From assembly GCA_963770895.1 (NCBI GenBank), contig CAVYRF010000002.1, positions 3,040,001-3,104,000 of the forward strand: a DNA stretch of 64,000 bases, given 5' to 3'. Made by a program: the position numbers and the translations under genes. Below, one piece after another: positions 54,440-64,000 of this stretch. How positions within the stretch are numbered: the stretch's first letter is position 1; every line of letters starts with the position of its first letter. The notes below the pieces were generated by a model. It ran no database searches. It had not been told where the DNA came from and saw only the letters and a list, made by a program, of their open reading frames with translations. Source of the DNA: an uncultured Acidobacteriota bacterium. Lineage in GTDB: Bacteria; Acidobacteriota; Thermoanaerobaculia; Multivoradales; UBA5704.

Positions 54440-54654
54440 GTGTTGACTGTCACCCGTTGCACGCCAACAAAGTCCAAAGCCGCGGGTTGCTCCACCTCAA
54501 CCTCAAGGCAAAGCTCAATCGCCTCTTTGACCCGCTTCAAGAGGACGTCGAGCGACTTTGCCTGAGTGTGGCAACCACGAAGGGAGGGCACTGAAGCCAC
54601 GTAGAAACCCTCCTTGTCGCGTTCGATGATGACGTCAAATTCACGGTTCCGCAT
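54436..54654 (-). CDS. hicB: HicB family antitoxin (short form)
   Basis: VIIERD.EG.YVASVP.L.GCHTQA.S...L..RVKEAIELCLE; GGAGGAGG RBS. Confidence 0.9.
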   Translation of the reverse strand: MRNREFDVIIERDKEGFYVASVPSLRGCHTQAKSLDVLLKRVKEAIELCLEVEVEQPAALDFVGVQRVTVNT

Positions 54655-54831
54655 AGGCGCCTCCTCCGGGAGCTGCGTCATTGTAACCCTGGCTCGTTCC
54701 TCCCGGCGTCTGGTAAAGGGCAGTCCGGCTCCCGACGCCCGTCGTGATTGGCTGGGGGCGCGGAAGAGGTGGCGATCGGCGAGCGGCTGTGCGCGAGGGG
54801 GAGCGGAGCGGTGACGCGAAGGGGGACGTAG

Positions 54832-57444
54832 CTAGTCGTTGGGCAGCAGGTGTTCTTCGGCGGGGGGGCGCATGTTGTAGTGGGAGCTCATGACGCGGCC
54901 GTAGGCGCCGGTGTTGGCGATGAGGAGGATGTCGCCTTCGGCGGTGGGGGCGATCCGGCGGGCGCGGCCCAGGATGTCGCCGGTTTCGCAGATGGGGCCG
55001 ACGATGTGGGCGGTGGTGGTGGCGGGCTCGTCGAGGCGCGAGAGGTTGACGATGGGGTGGTAGGCGCCGTAGAGGGCGGGGCGGATGAGGGAGTTCATGC
55101 CGGTCTGGAGGCCGATCCAGGCGACGTCGCCCTTGTGTTTGACCTGGTTGACGCGGGCTACCAGGACGCCGGCTTCGGCGACCAGGAAGCGGCCGGGTTC
55201 GAGCCAGAGCTCGCGTCCGGGGCGGATGGCGCCGCTGTCGCGCAGGCCGTGGTCGAGGGCGGCCAGGTCCAGGGGGGTCTGGCCGGGCCTTTCGGGGACG
55301 CCCAGGCCGCCTCCCAGGTCCAGGACGGTGACGGCGGGGAAGCGCTCGGCGGCGGCGGCGAGGAAGCGCGCGACGTCGATCCAGGACTGGTGGGTGCGGA
55401 TGCCGCTGCCGATGTGGGCGTGCAGGCCGACGACCCGCGCGCCGCAGCGCACCAGGAGGCCTGGCAGCTCGTCGAGGTGTGCCGCTCCCAAGCCGAATTT
55501 GGAGTCGACGCCGGCGGTGCGGACGTGGGCGTGGTGGCCCTGGCCGCGTCCGGGGTCCAGGCGCAGGAAGATCTCGCGGCCGGCGAAGACGTCGGGCCAG
55601 GCTTGCAGGGGGTGCAGGTTGTCGACGGTGACGCGCGCTCCCAGCTGGAAGCCGCGTTCCAGCTCGTCGCGGCCGGCGAAGTTGGGAGTGAAGAGCAGGC
55701 GCTGGCGGTCGAGGTCGGGGAAGAGCCGCAGGACGTGCTCGAGCTCCGCCGCGGAGACGCATTCGAAGCCGAGGCCCTGGGCGTGGAAGAGGCGCAGGAC
55801 GCCGGCGTGGTTGTTGGCCTTGAGGGCGTAGAACACGCGATCGATCGATTCCAGCGCCGCCAGGCTGCGCGCCGAGCGCTGCAGGGTTTCGGCGTCGTAG
55901 ACGAACAGGGCGCCGTGTTGGGCGGCCAGGGCGAGCAGCGGCGCGCTGCGCTGGCGCCACCAGGCCGCGCCGTCGGCCGCGGCGGGGGCGGCGCCTTCGC
56001 TTGCCGCGGGCGCGCCGCTGAGCTCGCTCCAGGTGGGCCCCAGGAGCGGGGTTTCCGCGGTGCGGTCGAAGAGCAGTCCGTGGAGCTGGCGCACCAGCCG
56101 CTCGCTCTGCTCTTCGTCGACGTAGAAGGTGAGATTGAGATCGCTTGCGGATTGCGTCATCAGGTGGACCTTGAGCTCCGCAAAGGCTTCCAGCAGCGGC
56201 CCCAGCTCGTGCAGGATGGTGCGGATGCCGCGGCCGACCAGCGACAGCGAGGCGGTCGGCGCGATGACGCTTGGCTCGCAGTGGACCGAAAGCTCGCGCA
56301 GCAGGGCGTCGATGGCCTCGGGGCCGATGGCGTTGACCTGCGGATCGAGCGAGACGGTGACGTTGGTCTCTGAGGTGGAGATCGAGTCGACGGACAGGCC
56401 CTGGCGGGCGAAACAGTTGAAGACCTCGGCGAGAAAGCCGACCTCCTGCCACATGCCGAGCGCTTCGACCGAGATCAGGGTGATGCCGCGGCGCGCGGAG
56501 ACCGCCTTGACCTGCGGCGCGCCGTCGGGCGCGGCGCGCGAGATGACCGTTCCCGGCGCCGCGGGCCGGTCGGTCCACAGCACGTGCAGCGGAATGCCGT
56601 GGCGGCGCAGCGGCGGGATGCAGCGCGGGTGCAGGACCTTGGCGCCGGTGATGGCGATTTCCTGGGCCTCTTCGTAGCTGAGCGAGCGCAGCAGGCGGGC
56701 CGAGGGGATGAGCGAGGGGTTGGCGGTGAACAGGCCGGGCACGTCGGTCCAGATCTCGCAGCGCTCCGCCCCCAGCTTGGCGGCAAAGTAGGACGCCGAG
56801 GTGTCGGAGCCGCCGCGCCCCAGCAGCACGGTTTCGCCGCCGCGGTTGCGGGCGATGAAGCCCTGGGTGAGGATCGCCGCGGCGGGGTTCGCCGCCAGCC
56901 GCGCCGCCAGGTGCGGGTCGTGCTCGACGTCGCAGGAGGCGGCCAGGTAGAGGCGGGCCGTGTGGGACGGCTGCTCGTCGCGCGCCAGGAGCGCCGTGCG
57001 GGCGTCGAGCCAGGCGGTGGCGATGCCGCGGGCGTTGCAGTAGGCGGCGCCCAGGCGCGTCGACAGCAGCTCGCCGCAGGCCATGACCCGCGCCTTGAGG
57101 TGCGGGCCGCCTTCGTGCAGCAGCGAGGCGCCCAGCGCCAGGCGCGCCAGCTCTTCCAGCTGGTCGCCCACCGCCGCCCCGGCGTCGATTCCGAGCGCCG
57201 CGGCCAGGTCGAAATGACGGCGGCGGATCGCGGCCAGCGCCTCTTCATGCCGCCCTTCGGTCGCCAGGGTGAGCAGCGCGTCCAGCTGGTTGGAGATGCC
57301 GGCCAGCGCCGAGCAGACGACCAGCGGCCGGTAGCCCTGCTGCAGGCGCAGGGCGACCTGGTCGGCGATGGTGGCCCAGCGCTCGGCGGTCGAGACGCTG
57401 GTGCCGCCGAATTTGAGCACCACCCAGCGGGGGCCGGCGGACAT
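54832..57444 (-). CDS. lysAC: Bifunctional aspartate kinase/diaminopimelate decarboxylase
   Basis: KFGGTSV, LGRGGSD, ACT domains, then FYALKAN, SKFG, HAHIGSG, EPGRF, GPICETGD, GAYG..MSS.YN. Confidence 0.95.
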   Translation of the reverse strand: MSAGPRWVVLKFGGTSVSTAERWATIADQVALRLQQGYRPLVVCSALAGISNQLDALLTLATEGRHEEALAAIRRRHFDLAAALGIDAGAAVGDQLEELARLALGASLLHEGGPHLKARVMACGELLSTRLGAAYCNARGIATAWLDARTALLARDEQPSHTARLYLAASCDVEHDPHLAARLAANPAAAILTQGFIARNRGGETVLLGRGGSDTSASYFAAKLGAERCEIWTDVPGLFTANPSLIPSARLLRSLSYEEAQEIAITGAKVLHPRCIPPLRRHGIPLHVLWTDRPAAPGTVISRAAPDGAPQVKAVSARRGITLISVEALGMWQEVGFLAEVFNCFARQGLSVDSISTSETNVTVSLDPQVNAIGPEAIDALLRELSVHCEPSVIAPTASLSLVGRGIRTILHELGPLLEAFAELKVHLMTQSASDLNLTFYVDEEQSERLVRQLHGLLFDRTAETPLLGPTWSELSGAPAASEGAAPAAADGAAWWRQRSAPLLALAAQHGALFVYDAETLQRSARSLAALESIDRVFYALKANNHAGVLRLFHAQGLGFECVSAAELEHVLRLFPDLDRQRLLFTPNFAGRDELERGFQLGARVTVDNLHPLQAWPDVFAGREIFLRLDPGRGQGHHAHVRTAGVDSKFGLGAAHLDELPGLLVRCGARVVGLHAHIGSGIRTHQSWIDVARFLAAAAERFPAVTVLDLGGGLGVPERPGQTPLDLAALDHGLRDSGAIRPGRELWLEPGRFLVAEAGVLVARVNQVKHKGDVAWIGLQTGMNSLIRPALYGAYHPIVNLSRLDEPATTTAHIVGPICETGDILGRARRIAPTAEGDILLIANTGAYGRVMSSHYNMRPPAEEHLLPND

Positions 57445-57696
57445 CAGGCGGCGCTCGCTGTCATGGGAAGTACGCTACCATTTCGCTCATGCCGCTCCTC
57501 TCGGAGAGCCGCCGGCGCGACGGCTCGGCAGGCCCTGGCGATCGCCACTAGTGGCCGCTAGCAAACAAGTGCAAAACCGTGCTGCCACCGGGACGCCGCG
57601 GCGCGCGCGGGCGGCGGTCGCCGCGCCGCGGCACACAGCGCCGGATGACGCCGCGCCGGATGACGCCGCGCGCCGGCCGGCAGGGGAGGTTGGCGG

Positions 57697-59187
57697 ATGA
57701 CGGCGATCCTGGCGCTGGATCAGGGGACGACCAGCTCGCGGGCGCTGGTGTTCGACGAATCCGGGGCGCAGCTGGCGATGGCGCAGCGGGAGCTGCGCCA
57801 GATCTTTCCGCAGCCCGGCTGGGTGGAGCACGACCCGGTGGAGATCTGGCAATCGCAGCGCGACGTCGCCGCCCAGGCGCTGGCGGCGGCGGGGCTGGGC
57901 GCCGGCGACGTGGCGGCGATCGGCATCACCAACCAGCGCGAAACGGTGGTGGTCTGGGAGCGCGCGAGCGGGCGCCCGATCGCCAACGCCATCGTCTGGC
58001 AGGACCGCCGCACCGCGCCGCGCTGCGACGAGCTGCGCCGCGCCGGGCTGGGCCCGCTGGTTGCCGCGCGCACCGGACTGACGTTGGATCCCTACTTTTC
58101 GGCCACCAAGCTCGCCTGGTTGCTCGACCAGGTGCCGGGGGCACGCGCCGCCGCGGCAGCGGGGCGGCTGGCCTTCGGCACCATCGACGCGTGGCTGATC
58201 TGGAACCTGACGGGCGGCGGCGTGCACGCGACCGACGCCACCAACGCCTCGCGGACGATGCTCTACGACCTGGAGACGGGCACCTGGGACCCCGAGCTGC
58301 TGCGCCTGTTCGACATCCCTCCCGAGGTGCTGCCGGCGGTGCGCGCCTCGGCGGAGATCTACGGGGAAGCGTCCGCCGCCGGCCTGGGCGGCGCGATCCC
58401 GATCGCCGGCATGGCCGGCGACCAGCAGGCGGCGCTCTTCGGGCAGGCGTGCTTCGCTCCCGGCATGGCCAAGACGACCTACGGCACCGGCGCGTTCCTG
58501 CTGCTCAACACCGGCAGCCAGATCGTGCGCTCCGGCCAGGGGCTGCTCACCTCGCCGGCCTGGCGGCTGGCCGGCGGCCGCACGGAGTTCGCGCTGGAGG
58601 GCAGCGTCTTCGTCGCCGGCGCCGCCGTGCAGTGGCTGCGCGACGGGCTGGGCATCATCCGCTCCGCCGCCGAGGTCGAGGCGCTGGCGGCAAGCGTGCC
58701 GGACAGCGGCGGCGTCGTCCTGGTGCCGGCCTTCACCGGCCTGGGCGCGCCGCACTGGGCCGCCGGCGCCCGCGGGGCGCTGTTCGGCATCACCCGCGGC
58801 ACCGGCGCCGCGCACCTGGCGCGCGCCACCCTGGAAGCCATCGCCCACCAGGTGACCGACGTGCTGGAGGCCATGGCGCGCGACACCTCGCTGGGCGAGG
58901 TGCGGGTGGACGGCGGCGCCAGCGCCAACGACCTTCTGATGCAACTGCAGGCCGACCTCAGCGGCTTGCCGGTGGTGCGCCCGCGTGTGCGCGAGACGAC
59001 GGCGCTGGGCGCCGCCTACCTGGCCGGCCTGGCTGTCGGCCTGTATCGCGGCACGGAGGAGATCGCCGCCCGCTGGCAGCCGGAGCGCCGTTTCGAACCG
59101 CGCCTGGACGCCGCCCGCCGCGCCCAGGCACGCGCCGCCTGGAACTGCGCCCTGCGGGCGACCCTGGCCGCCGCCGGCGAAGGCTAG
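57697..59187 (+). CDS. glpK: Glycerol kinase
   Basis: [45 protein letters not shown]. Confidence 0.96.
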   Translation: MTAILALDQGTTSSRALVFDESGAQLAMAQRELRQIFPQPGWVEHDPVEIWQSQRDVAAQALAAAGLGAGDVAAIGITNQRETVVVWERASGRPIANAIVWQDRRTAPRCDELRRAGLGPLVAARTGLTLDPYFSATKLAWLLDQVPGARAAAAAGRLAFGTIDAWLIWNLTGGGVHATDATNASRTMLYDLETGTWDPELLRLFDIPPEVLPAVRASAEIYGEASAAGLGGAIPIAGMAGDQQAALFGQACFAPGMAKTTYGTGAFLLLNTGSQIVRSGQGLLTSPAWRLAGGRTEFALEGSVFVAGAAVQWLRDGLGIIRSAAEVEALAASVPDSGGVVLVPAFTGLGAPHWAAGARGALFGITRGTGAAHLARATLEAIAHQVTDVLEAMARDTSLGEVRVDGGASANDLLMQLQADLSGLPVVRPRVRETTALGAAYLAGLAVGLYRGTEEIAARWQPERRFEPRLDAARRAQARAAWNCALRATLAAAGEG

Positions 59188-59234
59188 AACAAGAGGAAAG
59201 CGGCGCGCCCGGAGACCGGGTTCCGCGGCCTGGC

Positions 59235-60212
59235 CTACCGTCGATTGCCGCTGGGCTTGGGCGCCGGGTTTGCCGCGGCGCCGGCGCTGCCGGCCGCCTG
59301 GGCTTCGGCGGCCAGCCGGCTGCGGTAGGCGGCTTCCCCGGCGGCGACGAAGTCGCGGTAGCCCTGCGGATCGATAAAGGGATTGGGCTGGGCGCCCGCG
59401 CGCAGGCGGCGCGCCTTGTCCAGGCCGTCGTAGAACGAGGCGTGCGCTCCCAGGAAGACGTCGCACGGCAGCGCTTTGAGCACCTGGAAAGTGTGGGCGT
59501 AGTCGGCGGCGATGCCGGGATAGCTGGGACGGTCGGTCAGGCGATAGCCGGTCAGCACCGAGGTGCTGCCGTAAAACACCACGTCGTAGGTCTTGCCGGC
59601 ATCCTGCACCTGCATCGTCCAGGTGGTGCAGCCGCGGGTGTGGCCGGGGGTGAGGTGGGCGACCAGCGTCGAGCCGCCCAGCGTCACCTGCATGCCGTCG
59701 GTCACCCGGCCGTCGACCCGCACCGGCGGATAGGGCAGGGTGTCGCCGAACAGGAAATCGCCGCGGCCGCCGGCGGCGAGCAGGGGAGCGTCCAGGTCGC
59801 TGGCCAGCATCCAGGCGCCGGTCCACTGGCGCAGCTGCTCCAGGCCGCCGGCGTGGTCGAAGTGGGCGTGGCTGCACAGCAGGACCTTGACGTCGCTCAG
59901 CGCAAAGCCCAGGGTGGCGATGTTGGCGCGGATCTGCGGCGCGGTTTCCAGGTAGCCGCCATCCAGCACGATGAGCCCCGCCGGGGTGGCGATCAGAAAC
60001 GAGGTCACGTCGCTCGCCCCGACGTAATACAGGTTGCCCAGGATGCGATAGGGCGCGACCGGCTGGTTGCGCTGCCGCGATTCGGCGTCGTACTGCGCGT
60101 GCAGGAGCCGCGCGCCGCCGGTGACGACCCACGCCGCCAGCAGCGCCGCCGTTACGATCGTGGCGATCGTCGCGCGCCCACGACGGGCGAAGCGGAGCGC
60201 CGTGAACCCCAT
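59235..60212 (-). CDS. Subclass B3 metallo-beta-lactamase
   Basis: Signal peptide; P.RI.GNLYYVG, SHAHFDHAGG, TPGHT.GCTTW, CDVFLGAH. Confidence 0.88.
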   Translation of the reverse strand: MGFTALRFARRGRATIATIVTAALLAAWVVTGGARLLHAQYDAESRQRNQPVAPYRILGNLYYVGASDVTSFLIATPAGLIVLDGGYLETAPQIRANIATLGFALSDVKVLLCSHAHFDHAGGLEQLRQWTGAWMLASDLDAPLLAAGGRGDFLFGDTLPYPPVRVDGRVTDGMQVTLGGSTLVAHLTPGHTRGCTTWTMQVQDAGKTYDVVFYGSTSVLTGYRLTDRPSYPGIAADYAHTFQVLKALPCDVFLGAHASFYDGLDKARRLRAGAQPNPFIDPQGYRDFVAAGEAAYRSRLAAEAQAAGSAGAAANPAPKPSGNRR

Positions 60213-60232
60213 CGGGCGGTTTTGCCGCGTGA

Positions 60233-60778
60233 TCACAGGCCGAAGCGGGCGATGGCGCCGAGGGTGATGGTGCCGGTGTTCGCCCCCTTCAGCTCGTTGA
60301 AGGCGTTGAAGCGGTAGTTGGCGTTGATGTCCAGCTTGCAGCGCGGCAGCAGGTGCAGGTCGACGCCGACGCGGGCGGCGTAAAAGGGGCTGGAGAAGTT
60401 GTTGGAGAAGTCCTTGGAATAGGTGGTGCCGATGCCGACGCCGCCGTAGATGAAGCCGCCGATCAGCACGTACGCTTCGGGCGAGATGGCGTCGTGGAGC
60501 GAGCCGCCGAAGCCCTTGGGGTAATACTCGCCGTCCAGCTCGAACTTGAGCAGGGTGCCCGGATCGTATTGATAGGAAACCAGGTACGACACCCCGTCGC
60601 GCGCGACGCCGGAGAAGCCTTCGCTCTGCAGGTCGTCCACCGCCCGCCAGGCGTGGACCCCGACGCCGATCCACGAGTCCGCCGCCGCCGGCCTTGCCGA
60701 GGCGCCGACGCCCAGGGCCGCTGCCAGCAGCAGCACGAGGGTCGTGCGCTTCGATCGAATTGCTGCCACGGTCGCCAT
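60233..60778 (-). CDS. Small outer-membrane beta-barrel protein
   Basis: Signal peptide, about 8 amphipathic strands, terminal ARFGL. Confidence 0.7.
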   Translation of the reverse strand: MATVAAIRSKRTTLVLLLAAALGVGASARPAAADSWIGVGVHAWRAVDDLQSEGFSGVARDGVSYLVSYQYDPGTLLKFELDGEYYPKGFGGSLHDAISPEAYVLIGGFIYGGVGIGTTYSKDFSNNFSSPFYAARVGVDLHLLPRCKLDINANYRFNAFNELKGANTGTITLGAIARFGL

Positions 60779-60804
60779 GTCGGTCAACGTCCTGGTATGC
60801 CGGC

Positions 60805-61587
60805 CTACGACGGCGGGAAGCCGCCCAGGGCGCCGAGCTGCGCCGCGGCGGCAGCCCGCGTCGGGTCGAGGGAGATCACCTTCTGCTGCGCCGCCATGCG
60901 GTAGGGGGACTGCGGGTATTCGTCCATCAGGCGCTGGTAGATCTGCGCCGCTTCCTGGTCGCGGTGCAGCTGCTCCAAGGTGACGGCCAGCTCGTTGAGG
61001 ATCACGTCCTGCGGCAGGGGGGCGTTGGATTGGTCGAGCATCTGGCGCAGCTGCTGCTCGACCGCCTGGCCCTTGCCCTGGGTGCGGTCGAGGTCCATCA
61101 CGTCCAGCCGCGCCTGGGCGGCCAGCACGTGATCGCCGTGCTTCTTGACGAAGTCGCTCCACAGCTGGCGAGCGGCGTCGAGCTTGCCCTCCGCCGCGTC
61201 GATCTCCGCCAGGTAGATCGAGGCCACGTCCGCCGCGTCGGTGAAGCGATAGTCGGCGCGCACCGCGTCGAGCATCTTGCGGGCGCTCTGCTGGCGGGCG
61301 GCTTCGGTCGCGAAGCTGGGTTCCTTGGCGTCGGTCGGCTTGGCGGCGGCGGGGTCGATCGGCGCCTGGAAGACCTTGACCGCCGTGGCCAGCGCCCGGT
61401 TGGCCTGCTCGGAGCGGTGCGAGACCAGGTAGTACACGAGGCTGCCGAGCAGCACCAGCCCCAGCACCGCGGCAATGGTGATCATCAGCCCGCGGGAGTG
61501 GGACTCCGCGTACTCGACGCTGCGGCTGACGGCGCTGGCGAATTCGTCGCGCTTGATGTCTTTACGGTTCAGTCGTTGGTTCATCAC
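60805..61587 (-). CDS. Membrane-anchored TPR protein (YfgM-like)
   Basis: RK.IKRDEF N-terminus, a single TM, TPR motifs, EYPQSPY. Confidence 0.8.
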   Translation of the reverse strand: MMNQRLNRKDIKRDEFASAVSRSVEYAESHSRGLMITIAAVLGLVLLGSLVYYLVSHRSEQANRALATAVKVFQAPIDPAAAKPTDAKEPSFATEAARQQSARKMLDAVRADYRFTDAADVASIYLAEIDAAEGKLDAARQLWSDFVKKHGDHVLAAQARLDVMDLDRTQGKGQAVEQQLRQMLDQSNAPLPQDVILNELAVTLEQLHRDQEAAQIYQRLMDEYPQSPYRMAAQQKVISLDPTRAAAAAQLGALGGFPPS

Positions 61588-61720
61588 CTGCTCCCAGGGG
61601 ACTACGGCGCGGGCGGCCGACCTTCAAAGCCCGCAAGGCTATCACACGACGAGCGCGGCCAGAGCCGCGGTTGTAAGCCCCGGCGCGAGCCGCGCCGCGG
61701 CGCCCGGCCTGCGGCGGCCG

Positions 61721-64000
61721 TCAGAACGAGCGCTTGCCGAAGTTGGCGGCGAGAACGGCCAGGTCGCGGCCGTCGACGATGCCGTCGCCGTTGAAGTCGG
61801 CGTCGATGTTGTAGTTGGAATCGTACCGGTGGGCGCCGAAAGAGTAGGCGAAGATCACCAGGTCCAGACCGTCGACGATGCCGTCGTGGTTCAGATCGCC
61901 CTCCAGGAACACGGTGCCGGTGATGACGAACTGGGTGACGGTGCCGTTGAACACGTTGGGCGGGCTGGCCAGGTCCTGCGTCGCCAGGCCGACGGTGACC
62001 ACGCCGACGAGCGGCGACGGCGGCTGGTAGCGATATTCGAGCTTGGTCTTGTCGCCGCTCGGTGTGATCGCGATCGCCGTGCCGTTGACCAGCAGCTGGG
62101 TGTTGGCGACGTCGATGCCGGTGCCGAAGTCGTACAGGTCGATCTGGATCTGCGCGTTGGGCGAGACGTTTTGCGCCCCGTCGTAGGGGCTGACCAGGCC
62201 GGTGACCGGCGGGATGTCGTCGACCCCGGTCAGCACGCTGGCGAACGTCTGGGCGAGCAGCGTATAGCCCGCCGGATTGGGGTGGAGCTTGTCGATGCCG
62301 CCCGTGTAGTCGTCGGGGATGGCGTTGGGCGTCAGCACCCAGAAGACCTCGAACGGATCCACCAGCGGGCGGCTGCGCTCCCAGGCTAGCTCGCGGATCG
62401 CCCCGGCGAGCGTGCCGGTGATCAGGTTGGTGCCGTCGGTGTTGGCTGTCGGCAGGCGCGGGATGACCGTGGCGTGGTAGGCGATCATGCCGAGCGCTTC
62501 GGCGTCGCTCGCCATCACGTCCAGGTTCTGGATCGTGGTGTCGATCGACACCTTGGCGTCGACGTCGTTGGTCCCTTCCATCAGCAGCAGGCCGGTATAG
62601 CCCGCCTGCAGATCGCCACGGATCCGCGACACGCCTTCGCCGGTCGTTTCGCCGTACAGGCCGTCGTTGATCACCGTCGCCTGGCTATTCAAATCGTTGG
62701 ACAGGATGGTCTGCAGGCGTCCCGGATAGCCGCCCAGGTCGGCGGTGTCGCCGTAGCCGGCGGTGATGCTGTCGCCGAAGGCGACGTAGACCGGCGGCGC
62801 CGACGCCTTGGGCCGCGGCCTGGCGGCACGCCGGGCGGCGGCTGCGGTGGTCGCGGTGGCCGCGGTGGCCGCGTCGCCGGAGGCGGCGGCCGGGACCGGT
62901 GGCAGGACAAGGCGGGCCGCGGCCGCGGCGGGGGCCTGCCAGGCGGACCACTCCGCGGTGCGGGTGACTTCGGCGGCGTCGCTGCCGTTGCCGCCAGCCC
63001 AATGGAACGCCGCCGTGTCTCCGGCCGCGAGCGTGGGCCTGGTGGCGGCGGTCGTCGCCTGCCCCGCGCCGGTCGCCGCCGGCGCCGCAGGGAGGTCCGG
63101 CAGCGCCGCCTGGCGCAGCGGCCGGCCGGCGGCGTCCAGCTGCATCGCCGCCCAGCCGCGCGGCGCCGCAGTGCGATACAGGACGTCGACGGCGGCGCCA
63201 CCGGCGGTGCCGGCGGAGCTGACTGTGAGCTGCGGATAGAGCGAGCCGCCCGGCGCCGCCACCAGGGGGGCGCCGAAGCGCCCGTTGGCGAACCGCGCCG
63301 TCAGCAGGCGATAGCCGTCGCCGGCAAGCTGGCTGAACGCCAGGACCGCGCCGTCGCCGGCCGCCGCGACCGCGGGCGTGATGCTGGGCGTCTGGCCGGC
63401 GGTCACCGCCTGCGGTGCCGTCCAGGCGCCGCCGCCGCTGGTGGCGCGGCTCCAGACGATCTGGTCGAAATGGCCGTCGAAGGCGCTCCAAGCCAGCAAC
63501 CAGGAGCCGTCGGCCAGGCGCGCGGCGGCCAGCGCCACCTGGCTGCCGGGCCCGACCGGCGAGATCGTGCGCGGCTCCGACCACCCGGCGCCGTTCCAGG
63601 CGGCGGTGCGCACCGCGTAGGCCCGCGGGTTGTCGCCTTCCAGCCACACCAGGCCCGCCAGCTTGCCGTCTTCGACCAGCAGCAGCGGCTGGACGCGCAG
63701 CTGTCCGCTGCGCCCCGCGGGCGGCGGCACGAAGGCGGCGCGGCCGGCCGCCGCGCTGCCGGTGCTTACAACCAGCAGCAGCTGAGTGCCCTGTCCGCCC
63801 GGCGCCGGCACGGTGCCCGCGGCAAGCGAGCCGCCGGCCAGCGCCGCCCTGACATCCAGCCTGGCTCCCGCCGGCAGGGTGGCCGCCCCGTCGCCCCCGG
63901 CGTTGGCGGCATCGCCGGCGTCGCCGGCGCGTTGCGCCCATGCTGCCGCCATCGCCGGCGTCGCCGATGCCGCCCCTGCCACCTCCGCGGCCGATGTCGT
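61721..64000 (-). CDS. SGNH/GDSL hydrolase with Ig-like and dockerin-like domains (5' end outside the window)
   Basis: FGDSIT.G, G..GE, EGTND, D.LHPN; duplicated GDLNHDGIVDGLDL/ADFNGDGIVDGRDL. Confidence 0.82.
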   Translation of the reverse strand, partial: TTSAAEVAGAASATPAMAAAWAQRAGDAGDAANAGGDGAATLPAGARLDVRAALAGGSLAAGTVPAPGGQGTQLLLVVSTGSAAAGRAAFVPPPAGRSGQLRVQPLLLVEDGKLAGLVWLEGDNPRAYAVRTAAWNGAGWSEPRTISPVGPGSQVALAAARLADGSWLLAWSAFDGHFDQIVWSRATSGGGAWTAPQAVTAGQTPSITPAVAAAGDGAVLAFSQLAGDGYRLLTARFANGRFGAPLVAAPGGSLYPQLTVSSAGTAGGAAVDVLYRTAAPRGWAAMQLDAAGRPLRQAALPDLPAAPAATGAGQATTAATRPTLAAGDTAAFHWAGGNGSDAAEVTRTAEWSAWQAPAAAAARLVLPPVPAAASGDAATAATATTAAAARRAARPRPKASAPPVYVAFGDSITAGYGDTADLGGYPGRLQTILSNDLNSQATVINDGLYGETTGEGVSRIRGDLQAGYTGLLLMEGTNDVDAKVSIDTTIQNLDVMASDAEALGMIAYHATVIPRLPTANTDGTNLITGTLAGAIRELAWERSRPLVDPFEVFWVLTPNAIPDDYTGGIDKLHPNPAGYTLLAQTFASVLTGVDDIPPVTGLVSPYDGAQNVSPNAQIQIDLYDFGTGIDVANTQLLVNGTAIAITPSGDKTKLEYRYQPPSPLVGVVTVGLATQDLASPPNVFNGTVTQFVITGTVFLEGDLNHDGIVDGLDLVIFAYSFGAHRYDSNYNIDADFNGDGIVDGRDLAVLAANFGKRSF

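Noticed and set aside
57638-57667. 15-bp tandem duplication (gcgccggatgacgcc x2) upstream of glpK
   Set aside because: Only two GC-rich copies, probably slippage, with no functional evidence.

Overview
This is a very GC-rich bacterial window (by eye above 70% GC). Gene and peptide style suggests Acidobacteriota/Thermoanaerobaculia, but that is inference. Positions 1-13.8 kb are an exopolysaccharide locus: Wza-like exporter, outer-membrane beta-barrel, two O-antigen-ligase-family proteins with TPR-like partners, and a priming glycosyltransferase. Embedded in it is a RiPP-like cassette: nucleotidyltransferase, S24/S26-like peptidase with Cys at the usual Ser position, HPr-kinase-like P-loop protein, PqqD/RRE and a radical SAM enzyme. 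Three small candidate precursor peptides sit in the same locus: a YxxP-leader peptide ending in Ser-Ser, a peptide with four PxPxPW repeats, and a lanthipeptide-like peptide. The rest holds aspartate-family amino acid genes (metF, metH behind a SAM-I/IV riboswitch, thrB, thrC, a cystathionine synthase/lyase, a lysC-lysA fusion), hydrolases, a sensor diguanylate cyclase and more orphan Cys-rich peptides. It also has a MarR regulator whose operator recurs 25 kb away before a ClC channel, a decayed MerR/CopZ metal locus, a SIR2-TPR candidate defence gene, a frameshifted hicBA, glpK and a B3 metallo-beta-lactamase. I saw no rRNA, tRNA, CRISPR array or transposase. All calls come from motif recognition by eye, with no database searches.
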